Positions 10,343-21,141 of a stretch of DNA of 64,000 bases are shown in pieces. Position numbers and translations under genes: made by a program. Source of the DNA: Candidatus Poribacteria bacterium (GTDB lineage Bacteria; Poribacteria; WGA-4E; WGA-3G). Position 1 is the stretch's first letter. Each line of letters starts with the position of its first letter. The DNA is taken from assembly GCA_964291315.2 (NCBI GenBank), contig OZ219753.1:2656001-2720000 (forward strand). Direction: 5' to 3'. Under the pieces are notes generated by a model that saw only the letters and a list, made by a program, of their open reading frames with translations, was not told the DNA's origin and did not search any database.

Positions 10343-10744
10343 TTTGCTGTAATACTCTCCATGAGCTAGTATTAAAACCTTTTCTTAATTTAATCCTTTG
10401 TAGACCTGTTTAGGGGCGCGGACAGATTTTCACATCCATCCTTCACAGTTTACTACGTATGAAACAGGATATAAAACGCGCTAATAGTGTTTTGTTAACA
10501 CTTCTATTCTCAATCCTGTTCCAATAGTAGAAAAATTTTAATCTGTAAATGAAACAAAAATGTGTTATTTTTTTGTCAAAATCTAAAAAACAATTTTGTC
10601 AAGTCTCTAAATGTTGCTCTGCTTCTTGTTGGCTCAATCTGCCGACCGCTGAAGACCGTTTACGCTTTTCTCTTGATATTTTCATCTACACACTCTATAA
10701 TAATAAGTAAGCGGGTATCATTCGGTTGTATGGAAGGCGTTTTT

Positions 10745-11323
10745 ATGATAGCTGAGCTGCTCCGGAAAAGTATTCATTTATCAGGACTTATCCTACCGGT
10801 TATCTACCTCTTTTTCGATAAGCCTGCAATGCTAATTTTCGTCGGCATATTGACCGGCGTTGTGATTATCATAGAATTAGTGAAATGGATTTCCCTAAGC
10901 TTTAGCAATTTCTTTTTTCGAACATTTACACCGATGCTCCGGAGGCATGAACAGAGAGGCGCGATAACTGGGGCAACTTACTATGTAATCAGCACCTTCT
11001 TGTGTATTCTCTTCTTTAGTAAAACACTCGCTATTGTTTGCATCTTTTTCATGGTACTCGGAGATCTCGCGGCAGCGCTAGTGGGGAAAATGTGGGGCAG
11101 AACGAAACTCCTTGGCAGAAAGAGCTTAGAGGGTAGTCTTGCCTGTTTCATGGTCTGCGCTACAATTGCGTTAGTTCAATTACAACATCCTGTTATAGGA
11201 CTTATTGGTGCCTTAGTCGCAACAATTGTGGAGTTGCTTCCCCTCCAAATTGATGATAACCTGACCGTCCCGTTGGTTTCAGGGGCGGTGATGCACTTTC
11301 TACTGCAGAGCACACTCGCCTAA
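10745..11323 (+). CDS. Dolichol/phytol kinase-like CTP-dependent membrane kinase (SEC59/DGK1/VTE5 family)
   Basis: ELLRKSIH, GDLAAALVG, KSLEGS and DDNLTVP motifs; start reassigned to ATG 10745. Confidence 0.85.
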   Translation: MIAELLRKSIHLSGLILPVIYLFFDKPAMLIFVGILTGVVIIIELVKWISLSFSNFFFRTFTPMLRRHEQRGAITGATYYVISTFLCILFFSKTLAIVCIFFMVLGDLAAALVGKMWGRTKLLGRKSLEGSLACFMVCATIALVQLQHPVIGLIGALVATIVELLPLQIDDNLTVPLVSGAVMHFLLQSTLA

Positions 11324-11433
11324 CTTTTAGCGACATAGTAATTGTTCTACCTGGGAGCAAAATAGCAACTATCAGAGAATGGAGCGTCTGCTTTTAACGG
11401 GAGTTCAAAAAAAAGATTTAGAGGGGCTTTTCT

Positions 11434-11508
11434 GTAGCATATACTGTTAGGCTGTGCCTCTTCAGCTCTTATAGATCGGTGCTTGCAGCATATACTGTTA
11501 GGCTGTGC
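11434..11508. repeat. Two direct copies of a GTAG-type REP-like element
   Basis: AGCATATACTGTTAGGCTGTGC at 11436-11457 and 11487-11508, related to 3012-3080. Confidence 0.65.
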
Positions 11509-11553
11509 AATGGAGATAAGCCAATAATTATCAAACTTACGTTAGTGTAAACC

Positions 11554-12672
11554 ATGGCACATATCAAACTTGACAATATTATAAAACGGTTCGGGGACGT
11601 TATCGCTGTTAAAGATTTTAATTTGGAAATTCAGGACAAAGAATTTGTCGTCTTCCTCGGACCCTCAGGCTGCGGTAAAACCACCACGCTCCGCCTCATC
11701 GCTGGCTTAGAGCATCCCGAAGAAGGCGATATTTTTATTGATAATCAGAGAGTTAACAATCTGTCACCAGCCGACCGAGACATCGCTTTTGTCTTCCAAT
11801 TCTATGCACTCTATCCGCACCTGAGCGTCTATGACAATATTGCTTTTCCACTGAAAGCGGTCAAGATCTCAAAGTCAGAGATCAAGGAGCAGGTAAAGCG
11901 GGTTGCAGAAATCTTACAAATATCGAACATGCTTAACCGCAAACCCAGCATGCTCAGCGGTGGAGAGATGCAACGCGTCGCGCTCGGACGCGCAATGGTC
12001 CGTCAACCTAAAGTCTATCTCCTTGACGAACCGATGGCGAATTTAGATGCCAAAATCCGCGTGGATACACGTGCCGAAATTAAACGGCTCCAACATGAGA
12101 TCGGGGCAACGACGATCTTTGTGACGCACGACCAAATCGAAGCGATGTCCTTAGCAGACAGAATAGCGGTTATTCATCAAGGGGTCCTACAGCAAATTGG
12201 AACACCTTACGAAGTTTATAACAGACCCGAAAGTCTTTTCGTTGCCGGGTTTATGGGGATGCCCACGATGAACTTGCTTGACGCTGAAATCACTGCGCAG
12301 GCAGGTAAATCTGTCCTGCACCTCAGCCATACCGATCTTTACTTGCCGCTACCGTCCAACAGAGAAGCGACTCTCAACACCGCTACACAGGAAAACGGTT
12401 TGGTCTTTGGAATTCGGCCTGAGCATATCACAGCGGTAAATCGACCCGACGAACGAAAAATTGCAGCTGAGGTTCACTTGGTCGAACCGCTCGGGGCCGT
12501 GAACATTCTTGACATACGCCTCGGAACACACTGCGATACCCAAGAACCTATTCTGCTTCGGGTTAGAACGCGGCCCAGCTTCCAGGCCGGGGTAGGGGAT
12601 ACCATCTGGTTAGGTTTCAACGAGCACGAGATGCATCTCTTTGACCGGAAGACAGAACGCGTTCTCTCGTGA
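11554..12672 (+). CDS. Sugar ABC transporter ATP-binding protein (MalK/UgpC family)
   Basis: Walker A GPSGCGKT, LSGGEMQR signature, LLDEP, C-terminal TOBE region. Confidence 0.93.
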   Translation: MAHIKLDNIIKRFGDVIAVKDFNLEIQDKEFVVFLGPSGCGKTTTLRLIAGLEHPEEGDIFIDNQRVNNLSPADRDIAFVFQFYALYPHLSVYDNIAFPLKAVKISKSEIKEQVKRVAEILQISNMLNRKPSMLSGGEMQRVALGRAMVRQPKVYLLDEPMANLDAKIRVDTRAEIKRLQHEIGATTIFVTHDQIEAMSLADRIAVIHQGVLQQIGTPYEVYNRPESLFVAGFMGMPTMNLLDAEITAQAGKSVLHLSHTDLYLPLPSNREATLNTATQENGLVFGIRPEHITAVNRPDERKIAAEVHLVEPLGAVNILDIRLGTHCDTQEPILLRVRTRPSFQAGVGDTIWLGFNEHEMHLFDRKTERVLS

Positions 12673-12730
12673 GGATGAGGTACAACACATTTTTTATCGG
12701 CAGATTCTGCCCCAAATGGAGTGAAAAGAC

Positions 12731-13555
12731 ATGGAGAGTGAAAACAGAAAAGACAGAAAAGTCCCGTGTCGCTTAGCAGCATTTGATTTGGATGGCACGC
12801 TGCTCAATAGCCAACACGCTTTATCAACTGAAAATCGAGAGGCACTTCAGGCACTCGTGACCAATGATATCCTTGTTGTTTTAATTTCAGGCCGGATGCA
12901 CCGTTCTATGAAACCGATTAGCGACCAGATCGGACTAGAGAGTCCTATTATTTCTTATAACGGCGGCATGATACGGCACGCAACATCTAGCGAAATTTAT
13001 CATCATATCCCGGTCCCAGCAGATTGCGCCCTGGCAATCGTTGACGCTTGCGCACAACAAGGATTACATCTCAACTTTTGTTTGAACGATGAACTCTATG
13101 TAACGGAACGGAACACTTGGAGTGAACTCTATGAAATACGGACAGGAGTGCCAGCAACACCAATCGGGGATTTACGCGAGCTAGCAGGAGAGACACCGAC
13201 GAAACTGCTTATTATTCACACACCCGAAGAATTACCCTCCCTTTTAAGCAACTTTCAAAATGACTACGGGAAAAAACTTTACGTTACACAAACCCAACCA
13301 GAATATATTGAATTTATGAACGCAGAGGTTAGTAAGGGACAAGCACTCTCAGTGCTTGCAAATCGGTTTGGCATCCCCATCGATACGGTCGTTGCCTTTG
13401 GCGATAGCTATAACGACGAAAGTCTACTGCAAACCGCAGGGTTCGGCATCGCAATGGCAAATGGGGTTACACCGATTCGTGCTTGTGCAGATTATATCAC
13501 CGGAACAAATGACGATAACGGGGTTGCAAGGGCCATCTCGGAATTGATTCTCTGA
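12731..13555 (+). CDS. Cof-type HAD-IIB hydrolase
   Basis: DLDGTLL, SGR, SKG and GDSYND motifs. Confidence 0.92.
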   Translation: MESENRKDRKVPCRLAAFDLDGTLLNSQHALSTENREALQALVTNDILVVLISGRMHRSMKPISDQIGLESPIISYNGGMIRHATSSEIYHHIPVPADCALAIVDACAQQGLHLNFCLNDELYVTERNTWSELYEIRTGVPATPIGDLRELAGETPTKLLIIHTPEELPSLLSNFQNDYGKKLYVTQTQPEYIEFMNAEVSKGQALSVLANRFGIPIDTVVAFGDSYNDESLLQTAGFGIAMANGVTPIRACADYITGTNDDNGVARAISELIL

Positions 13556-13627
13556 GAGAGGCAAATCACGGCAATTCCCTGCTTATCCAGGGCATACGAT
13601 CACTCATTCTCTAAAGGGAGGAGGAAA

Positions 13628-13909
13628 TCAACGATTCAAACCTGCGTCGTGCACTTTCTCGTAAGGAAAATCAGCGACAAGAACGTACGAATTCCCCTCC
13701 TGTTTCAGCGACATCTGAACAGAGCTCATCGAAAATTCAAAGTACTTTGCTAGTACCGCTGTCAGTTCATGATGTAACATTGTGATGACGCGATCATCTA
13801 CATCGAGTCTATCTTGTGTGATAACGAGTTTCAGGCGTTGTTTAGCAATACTGCTGGATTTCGGTCTACGCCCAAAGATCCGTCTAATAGTTTTTATATT
13901 CATATGCAT
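13628..13909 (-). CDS. minE: Cell division topological specificity factor MinE
   Basis: AKQRLKLVI motif; follows minD. Confidence 0.9.
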   Translation of the reverse strand: MHMNIKTIRRIFGRRPKSSSIAKQRLKLVITQDRLDVDDRVITMLHHELTAVLAKYFEFSMSSVQMSLKQEGNSYVLVADFPYEKVHDAGLNR

Positions 13910-13920
13910 GTACTGACTCC

Positions 13921-14715
13921 TTAACTTTTTCTTGTAAACCAGTTTATAACACTCATAAACAGATTTTTCTGTTCAAAGTCCGGTATCGGAACCTGCTGGC
14001 CCGTCAGCCGGCGGGCAATGCGCATATATGCTTGCCCACCCGCCGAGTTTTCTTGGTAGACTAGCGGGATCCCACGGTTTGTAGAGGTTATCACGCCGGT
14101 GTCTTCCAAAACGATGCCGAGTAGATCAATGTTCAGCAGATCTAGAGCATCTTCCTTATCTATCATACTGCCGTTCCCAACCAATTCCGGCGAGAATCGA
14201 TTTAATATGAGATTAATAGGCTCGATCCTAGCATGTTGGAGGAGACCGATAATACGGTCAGCATCCCGAATAGCGGATACATCAGGTGTTGCAACAACGA
14301 TTGCTTCGTCCGCACCGGCCGAGGCATTACTGAAACCGCGCTCAATGCCAGCGGGCGAATCAACCAAAACGAAATCATAGGTCGTTCGCAACTTATCACA
14401 TATAGCCTTCATCTGTGCCGGTTGGATATCGTCTTTATTATTTTTCTGTGAGGCTGCCAAAAGCGTGAGCCCATCAACCCGCCTATCTCTAACTAGTGCC
14501 TTAGAGAGTTCACACCGCTTTTCAATGACATCCATTGAGGTGTAAATGATACGGCTCTCGAGCCCCATTACGATATCGAGATTCCGGAGACCGACATCTG
14601 CGTCAACAACAGCAACTTTTTTCTCCAATAGTGCAAGTGCTGTTCCTAAATTCGCTGTAGAGGTGGTTTTTCCTACCCCCCCCTTTCCTGATGTTACGAC
14701 GATGACTCTTCCCAT
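13921..14715 (-). CDS. minD: Septum site-determining ATPase MinD
   Basis: SGKGGVGKTT, DVGLRNLD, DSPAGIERGF. Confidence 0.97.
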   Translation of the reverse strand: MGRVIVVTSGKGGVGKTTSTANLGTALALLEKKVAVVDADVGLRNLDIVMGLESRIIYTSMDVIEKRCELSKALVRDRRVDGLTLLAASQKNNKDDIQPAQMKAICDKLRTTYDFVLVDSPAGIERGFSNASAGADEAIVVATPDVSAIRDADRIIGLLQHARIEPINLILNRFSPELVGNGSMIDKEDALDLLNIDLLGIVLEDTGVITSTNRGIPLVYQENSAGGQAYMRIARRLTGQQVPIPDFEQKNLFMSVINWFTRKS

Positions 14716-14732
14716 AACCGAAACCTCCTTTG

Positions 14733-15407
14733 TTAAAATTTAACAAATTTTTCAACGACAATCACGTCGTCTTTCCCGATGCGCGCAATCTGGGGGTAGC
14801 CCCGAGATTTTTTGTCAATCGGGACGCGATTCAAGTAGTTCCCAATCTGAAGCTGTGAAGGCACCAAGTCCAGAGCTATAATAACGGATGAAAGCCTGCC
14901 ATTTATTCCTGCATGAGCACTACCGCGCAACGCCCCTAAGACAATTATATCGCCCCCCGCTTGTACCTCAGCACCCGAATTGACATCACCGTAGATAATT
15001 AGACTCCCTTGCGGGAAATCTTCTGTCTGACCTGACCGGATTGTATACGGAACAATCTGAGACGGTTCGCCCTCGCGGCTATCCGGCGGACTCACGTCTT
15101 GCCTTATAGTGTGCGTTGTCGGGGCAGCTGCAATAGGCGGTGGAGCTGGTTCTTCAGCGGATACCCGGATGTCTCGCACTACCAGATTGTATGTCTCCTT
15201 CAGTCTGGACATCAGATACGCCACCTCCTCTTCTTTCAAGGTCGGTCCCTTGAGATCGACCTGAATAGAGGTTCCTTTTAACGGACGATTCATCCGAGAG
15301 ATCTCCTCTTTAATAGCCTCTTCAATCTCTATGATAGAAAGCTGCGGCTTGATAATTAAATGGAAACCATCTCTATATGCTCTGAGGGCTACAGTTGAAT
15401 TTGCCAT
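14733..15407 (-). CDS. minC: Septum site-determining protein MinC
   Basis: TIRSGQ...GDVNSGAEV..GDIIVLGALRG.AHAG C-terminal domain; operon with minDE. Confidence 0.92.
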   Translation of the reverse strand: MANSTVALRAYRDGFHLIIKPQLSIIEIEEAIKEEISRMNRPLKGTSIQVDLKGPTLKEEEVAYLMSRLKETYNLVVRDIRVSAEEPAPPPIAAAPTTHTIRQDVSPPDSREGEPSQIVPYTIRSGQTEDFPQGSLIIYGDVNSGAEVQAGGDIIVLGALRGSAHAGINGRLSSVIIALDLVPSQLQIGNYLNRVPIDKKSRGYPQIARIGKDDVIVVEKFVKF

Positions 15408-15488
15408 CTGTTACTCGAATCTCAATCCGAAGCTGTTGAGAATGCTGCTTCAATAGAACTCACCTATTCGGTAATTTTCTAGAGTGTA

Positions 15489-16790
15489 TCAGGAATCTTC
15501 CACCTGTGCTAAAACATAGGGACCTTCTGGAATCAGCGCAATCTGTGCATCTGCTCCGTACCGATCTAAAATTTCTTCAATCCCTTCCTGGGCTGTCTTC
15601 AACGGATGCACAAACAGTTTTGCTCGTTGGTGATACGGAATCCCGTCCGTATAGAAATAGATATCTGCTTTTCTGGCAACTTTCGCCAGCTCTTCGAGCT
15701 GCCACTGATCAATAACGAAGTTCGCTGGGTTGTAGAGCCCTTGCACAAATGCAGCGAGCTCATCTGTCTTGAAAATTAAATCGGTGAATGCCTTGCTACC
15801 GATCCCCTCGCTGCACGCTGCAACAAGCAAAATGCTACCGCCTGGTTTGACGACCTCAAAGGCTGTGAGTAGGCCCTTGATGGCTTGGTAGAAGGTGGAA
15901 TCCAAAGGGTAGCCTGCACCCGAGACAACGACAGCATCTACAGGAGCAGGTACGGTAACTTTCGCCTGCTGTTCAACGAACGCCGCGCCCCTGAGATGGG
16001 ATTCGACCATATCGCCTGCAAAAACCCCTGTAATTCGACGTTGATTGTCTATAGCGACATTCAGATTAAAGTCAATGCCCGTCATCAGCGCAATCTCTGT
16101 CGCTTCCGCATGAAACGGATTCCCTTCCAAAATGCCAACAGCTGCCCTCGGATGCTCCATCAATTCAGGGCCGTGCATCACCTTCATCGTTTCAACCGAA
16201 GCGATTCCGGGACAAATCGCCTTCCGCCCACCAGAATAACCCGCCATTAAATGTGGTTCAATCAAGCCTGTTGTAATCTTCAGATCGGATTCGAGATAGG
16301 TTTTATCAATGTAAACTGGGGTGCCCTTCTCTGTTTCGCCTAAATACGCGTGGCTCCCCGGTTTTTGCGAAAAATGGTTGACGATTCTATACGTCTCCAT
16401 AATATCGCTGCCAACCATCGTTTCGATCTCTTCCGCATGATTAGGGCGATGAATACCGGTTGCAATGAGGATAGTAATTTTCTCACGATGGATACCTGAC
16501 GTTTCAAGCGTTTCTAACACCGGCGGGAGGATGACTCTGTTCGGCACCGGACGGGTTATATCCGAGATCACAATACAAGCAGATTCCCGACCTTGAGCTA
16601 TCTCAACCAATGGAGGTGAACCGATGGGATGCACAAGTGCCTCTCGAACCGCCCCGTCTTCATCGGGCACCGGAACACTCTCAGAAATTTCAAGGACCTT
16701 GGCAACATTCCGATCAGGGATCTCGATCGGTAACGTACCATTTCCATATCTCATTTCCACTTTCATGTCGAGATTATCCTTCAAACTCAC
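15489..16790 (-). CDS. larA: Nickel-pincer-dependent lactate racemase family protein (LarA)
   Basis: SDITRP, IATGIHR, EPHLMAGYSGGRKAICPG and YQAIKG motifs. Confidence 0.85.
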   Translation of the reverse strand: MSLKDNLDMKVEMRYGNGTLPIEIPDRNVAKVLEISESVPVPDEDGAVREALVHPIGSPPLVEIAQGRESACIVISDITRPVPNRVILPPVLETLETSGIHREKITILIATGIHRPNHAEEIETMVGSDIMETYRIVNHFSQKPGSHAYLGETEKGTPVYIDKTYLESDLKITTGLIEPHLMAGYSGGRKAICPGIASVETMKVMHGPELMEHPRAAVGILEGNPFHAEATEIALMTGIDFNLNVAIDNQRRITGVFAGDMVESHLRGAAFVEQQAKVTVPAPVDAVVVSGAGYPLDSTFYQAIKGLLTAFEVVKPGGSILLVAACSEGIGSKAFTDLIFKTDELAAFVQGLYNPANFVIDQWQLEELAKVARKADIYFYTDGIPYHQRAKLFVHPLKTAQEGIEEILDRYGADAQIALIPEGPYVLAQVEDS

Positions 16791-17000
16791 GTAATAGAAT
16801 TACGAATGTTAGTGTACTGTCTATTTTAGATACAACATGCTCTTTATAATTATAACACTTTTTATCAAAAAAACAAGTCTGTTTTATCTTACTACTTTGT
16901 TAATTTTTAATTATTATCTATAAACACACCAAATTCTGAACTCCTCCCACCTCCTATAGGAGGCATTTCGCGGTCCCGATTCTTCCAGAAAACCGCCAAC

Positions 17001-17029
17001 TTGACTTTTTTAATGCAACGTGTTAAAAT
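17001..17029 (+). promoter_or_regulatory. Sigma70-like promoter
   Basis: TTGACT-17-TAAAAT upstream of the 17088 ORF. Confidence 0.6.
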
Positions 17030-17087
17030 TTGCTGAAAAAGTTCGTACACCTAACAGGTGAAACGCTCAACACGGAGAAACGACGAT

Positions 17088-17474
17088 ATGCCACGGATTG
17101 AAATTACCACTAAACCTAACGGTGCAGGACGCAATTGGTTAGAAGTTGGCCACTTTGAAGCAGACCTGCTTGGGCGCAAACAGTGGATTAAAAAGAACGT
17201 ACCGCATCAGGAATCGAAACTGATTGTAGATAGACAATATTCCGCCCGTGGTGAAACTATCGATTGGATCATTATCATTCCTGAAAACTATCCTTTCTCC
17301 CTTGTCAAAGTTAACTATGATCGCTTGAACCCCAAGGAAATTGAAGTGCTCTGGGATCCAGATGCAGCGTCTCAAACCGAGACCGCCCGTGAAGACAAAA
17401 TCAAGCGTGCCTTTGAGCTCGCCGCTGGCAACGAGGAACTCGTCAACCTACTCAACGAACTCCTGAACAACTAA
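17088..17474 (+). CDS. Hypothetical protein
   Basis: ORF with its own promoter and a GGAG SD before ATG 17088; no recognised motif. Confidence 0.7.
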   Translation: MPRIEITTKPNGAGRNWLEVGHFEADLLGRKQWIKKNVPHQESKLIVDRQYSARGETIDWIIIIPENYPFSLVKVNYDRLNPKEIEVLWDPDAASQTETAREDKIKRAFELAAGNEELVNLLNELLNN

Positions 17475-17530
17475 TTTTCGCCTGTCTGGAAGTTTATAGA
17501 GACCTCTCAGTCGAAACCTACAAACCGCTA

Positions 17531-18925
17531 CTACCAGCCGTAACGTTCAGGTCCCCACGGCTTCGTGATTAATTCCTGTTTCGCCATCACCATAGTTTTG
17601 CTCGGCACATCATCGTATAAAATGACCCCTGGTCCGACGACACTGTAAGAACCGATACGCCTACCGGGCATAATTATGGCATTTACACCTGTTCGACAAT
17701 AGTCGCCCATATAGGTTGCATTTGCCCCGTATGGCGGCACCTCATAACGTCCGTTCACTGCTATCGGCGTATCCCGATCGTCGAATCGGAGCGTCCCGCA
17801 GACCGTCGCTGCCCCTATATCAGTAGCGCATCCGAAAACCCCTGACATCTCACAATAGTGGTAAAGATACACCTTATCAAACAGCACGCCTGCCATCTCG
17901 GCACCGTGCCCGATAATACACCGGTTTCCGATAGCGCTACTACCGACATCGCAGTAATCGCTAATCCTACACTGATCTCCGACGAAGATATTTCCGTGCA
18001 AGATTGCCCCGTTTGTAATATTATTATTCGCCCCGGCGATGAGGGTGCCGTTGACAACCACACGCGCACCGATCACGGAGTTCTTCCCCAAAACTACATG
18101 GCCATTGATATCGGCTGCATCCGAAATTTTCGCACCATCAGCTATTTCGTCTTTCGTGACCCGCTTCGCAAGGTGATCAACGAAGTATCTATTCGCTTCA
18201 AGGACGTGCCACGGTTTATCAACATCGACGAAGAAGTCTGATGTCGGTACTGCTAAAACTGTCTTTCCATCATCAATCATCAATTGCAAGGACTGCGCGA
18301 TCTCGGATTCGGGCGGTGGCATCCCACCCACAGGCACCCTTGTGACTATGCCCGGATTTCTTAAGAGATACGTTGTCGCGCTCCTCTGAAAAGCATACAC
18401 ACCACAGAGCCGATGTGAACCCCCTCGTGGATGCCCCTCGATACCGGTAAGTCTTGAGGCACTTCCGTGGTCTCTGTCCATTGTCTCGATTCCTGCGCAA
18501 AGCCAAGCGCTTGCGTCTTCATCGCCTATTGGTTGTACAAGCGCTGCTGCTTCTAACTCAGATGAGCGAAACGTTGTAATAAAATTACGAAGATTTTCGC
18601 AAGTGGTTACAGTATCACCGTGAATCACAAGGTACGATTGCACCTCAAGAGGTTCTGCAGCTATTAATGTCGCAGTGGCTGTGCCGTCGAGCGTCTGCTG
18701 CCTGACAAAAACAACATTAGGGATATCCGCCAACGCGCCGCGCACTTGTTGCGCATGATGTCCAACGACAACAATAATCCGCGGACACCCCACCTCAAGC
18801 AAATTTTCTACAACTCGGCGAACTATCGGTTTGTTCGCGACCGGAATCGTGCATTTCTGTCTAAATTCGCCATAAGGCCAGACCTTGCGTCCTAATCCTG
18901 CAGCGAGAACAATAGCTGTTTCCAT
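17531..18925 (-). CDS. GlmU-like sugar-phosphate nucleotidyltransferase with hexapeptide-repeat domain
   Basis: LAAGLG..K motif, DVDKPW, C-terminal LbH repeats. Confidence 0.85.
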   Translation of the reverse strand: METAIVLAAGLGRKVWPYGEFRQKCTIPVANKPIVRRVVENLLEVGCPRIIVVVGHHAQQVRGALADIPNVVFVRQQTLDGTATATLIAAEPLEVQSYLVIHGDTVTTCENLRNFITTFRSSELEAAALVQPIGDEDASAWLCAGIETMDRDHGSASRLTGIEGHPRGGSHRLCGVYAFQRSATTYLLRNPGIVTRVPVGGMPPPESEIAQSLQLMIDDGKTVLAVPTSDFFVDVDKPWHVLEANRYFVDHLAKRVTKDEIADGAKISDAADINGHVVLGKNSVIGARVVVNGTLIAGANNNITNGAILHGNIFVGDQCRISDYCDVGSSAIGNRCIIGHGAEMAGVLFDKVYLYHYCEMSGVFGCATDIGAATVCGTLRFDDRDTPIAVNGRYEVPPYGANATYMGDYCRTGVNAIIMPGRRIGSYSVVGPGVILYDDVPSKTMVMAKQELITKPWGPERYGW

Positions 18926-18926
18926 A

Positions 18927-19628
<702 letters not shown>

Positions 19629-19970
19629 CTATTCTACCACTAAAAGACGTTTTATGTCAACGCCTTAAGATATTCTCTACAAGCGATATTCGAACGCTGA
19701 CTTCTGGTGCCCGTTGATGACTGCTTCAAAAGAATATTTGCGTTGAGTTGTTTTTTATGATATGCTTTCATGCAGTCACATCTAATCATTTTTATTTATA
19801 CTCAGATTTGTGCATCTCTATGTCCACGATTCATAATCTCTGGAGCCATCTTTTTCTCAAGTTCCAACGGAAAACAGGACCATACCAGATGGTGTCCTAT
19901 CAATCCGTGTTCAACTCCAGAGAGGAGTCAGGTGTACAAAATGTCTTCTATTACTCAACGAGGAGGAAAT

Positions 19971-20957
19971 ATGGGTTATGGCGACGGCAGAAAACAGGTG
20001 CGCCGTATCATGAAAATAATAGAGCGTCTCCAAAAGACCAGAGCTGGTATCAGAGTCCGCGATCTTGCAGACCTCTATGAAGTTGATGTAACCCGCATCT
20101 ACGAAGATTTGAAAATTATCAAGGACTTCTATGAACTAAAAAGCGAACGCGCACTTTATTGGATTGAATCGAAGCGTCCATTGCACCAACGAAGAGTTAC
20201 GACGGAGGAAGCCAATGCTCTAAAGTCCGTACTGGACGCATCGCCTCTTGCAAAAGAGGCGCGTTTCGCAGGAATCATCAAAGGTCTCCTCGAAAAACTT
20301 CACAGGCCACTTGCCGAGCATATTCAAGCCAAGATTGAACGAGAAGCCGGCGTTTCAATTCAGTTTAAAACAGGCAATCGTTACAGTGAGATCCAAGAAT
20401 ACTTTACAACACTGGAGGAGGCGCTTCACCAGCAAAAGGCGGTACGGGCCAACTACCAACCCGGCGGAAAGGTAAAATCTACCAGACATCTACTTTATCC
20501 GTATGCTATTTTCTTTCGAAAAGAAGATTGGTACCTTGAAGCCCGGTCTAATTTATCAGATAACGAATCGTTAACTTTTAAGATTCTTCGCTTCCGCGGT
20601 ATCACGTTGTCCGACAAAACGTTTGAACTTCCTAGAGATTTCTCTATATCCGAGGAGTTGGAGTCTCGTTGGGAGCTTTTTAGCGGTAAGGCTACTAATG
20701 TCACCATCAAAATCGCACCACACAAGGCATATCTTGTTACAGAGAAGGAACGTCACGGGTCGCAAGAAATTATTGAAAGATATGCGGATGGCGCTGTGTG
20801 TGTGCGATATCATGTACCGAAAGAGGAATTCACGTTTTGGGTGTTGAGTCTAGGTGACGCTGTGGAGGTGCTTGATCCACCAGAATTTCGGGCGGAATTT
20901 CAGGGGATAGTAGAGCGGATGCATCACATCTATTCCGGAGATTTGAAAGTATCATAG
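19971..20957 (+). CDS. WYL-domain transcriptional regulator (HTH-WYL-WCX), CRISPR-associated
   Basis: HTH (LADLYEVDVTRIYEDL), YPYAIFFRKEDWYLEA, FKILR, VEVLDPPEFR. AGGAGG SD before ATG 19971 suggests this start rather than 19770. Confidence 0.9.
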   Translation: MGYGDGRKQVRRIMKIIERLQKTRAGIRVRDLADLYEVDVTRIYEDLKIIKDFYELKSERALYWIESKRPLHQRRVTTEEANALKSVLDASPLAKEARFAGIIKGLLEKLHRPLAEHIQAKIEREAGVSIQFKTGNRYSEIQEYFTTLEEALHQQKAVRANYQPGGKVKSTRHLLYPYAIFFRKEDWYLEARSNLSDNESLTFKILRFRGITLSDKTFELPRDFSISEELESRWELFSGKATNVTIKIAPHKAYLVTEKERHGSQEIIERYADGAVCVRYHVPKEEFTFWVLSLGDAVEVLDPPEFRAEFQGIVERMHHIYSGDLKVS

Positions 20958-20964
20958 GAATTTA

Positions 20965-20993
20965 TTGACAAACACGTCCATATTGTATATAAT
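20965..20993 (+). promoter_or_regulatory. Consensus sigma70 promoter of the mini-array
   Basis: TTGACA (20965-70), 17 nt, TATAAT (20988-93). Confidence 0.85.
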
Positions 20994-21008
20994 AGATATA
21001 ACTGACGT

Positions 21009-21124
21009 GTTGAGAAAAAGAATCTCGATACGACGAGATTGAAAAATTAAAATTTTCGTATGCTACTTTGCTTGTAAGCGTTTTAACACGTCAACTATAA
21101 GCTTCTCGATGCCGAGATAAAAGA
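21009..21124 (+). ncRNA. Degenerate one-spacer mini-CRISPR (CreA/CreR-like crRNA-like regulatory RNA)
   Basis: R1 GTTGAGAAAAAGAATCTCGATACGACGAGATTGAAAA (21009-45) and R2 ACGTCAACTATAAGCTTCTCGATGCCGAGATAAAAGA (21088-124) keep the CTCG-loop-CGAG hairpin of the main repeat, and R1 keeps the ATTGAAA handle. The spacer matches 21181-21202 next to GTT. Confidence 0.85.
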
Positions 21125-21141
21125 TGACGATATAGAAAAAT

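Noticed and set aside
11436-11508. 22-nt direct repeats with a 29-nt gap as an orphan mini-CRISPR
   Set aside because: Unrelated to the I-D repeat and the same family as the inverted REP doublet at 3012-3080.
19770-19970. N-terminal extensions given by the ORF track for WYL (and likewise 22139 for cas3 and 24126 for cas10d)
   Set aside because: Strong SD sequences point to downstream ATGs (19971, 22202, 24291).
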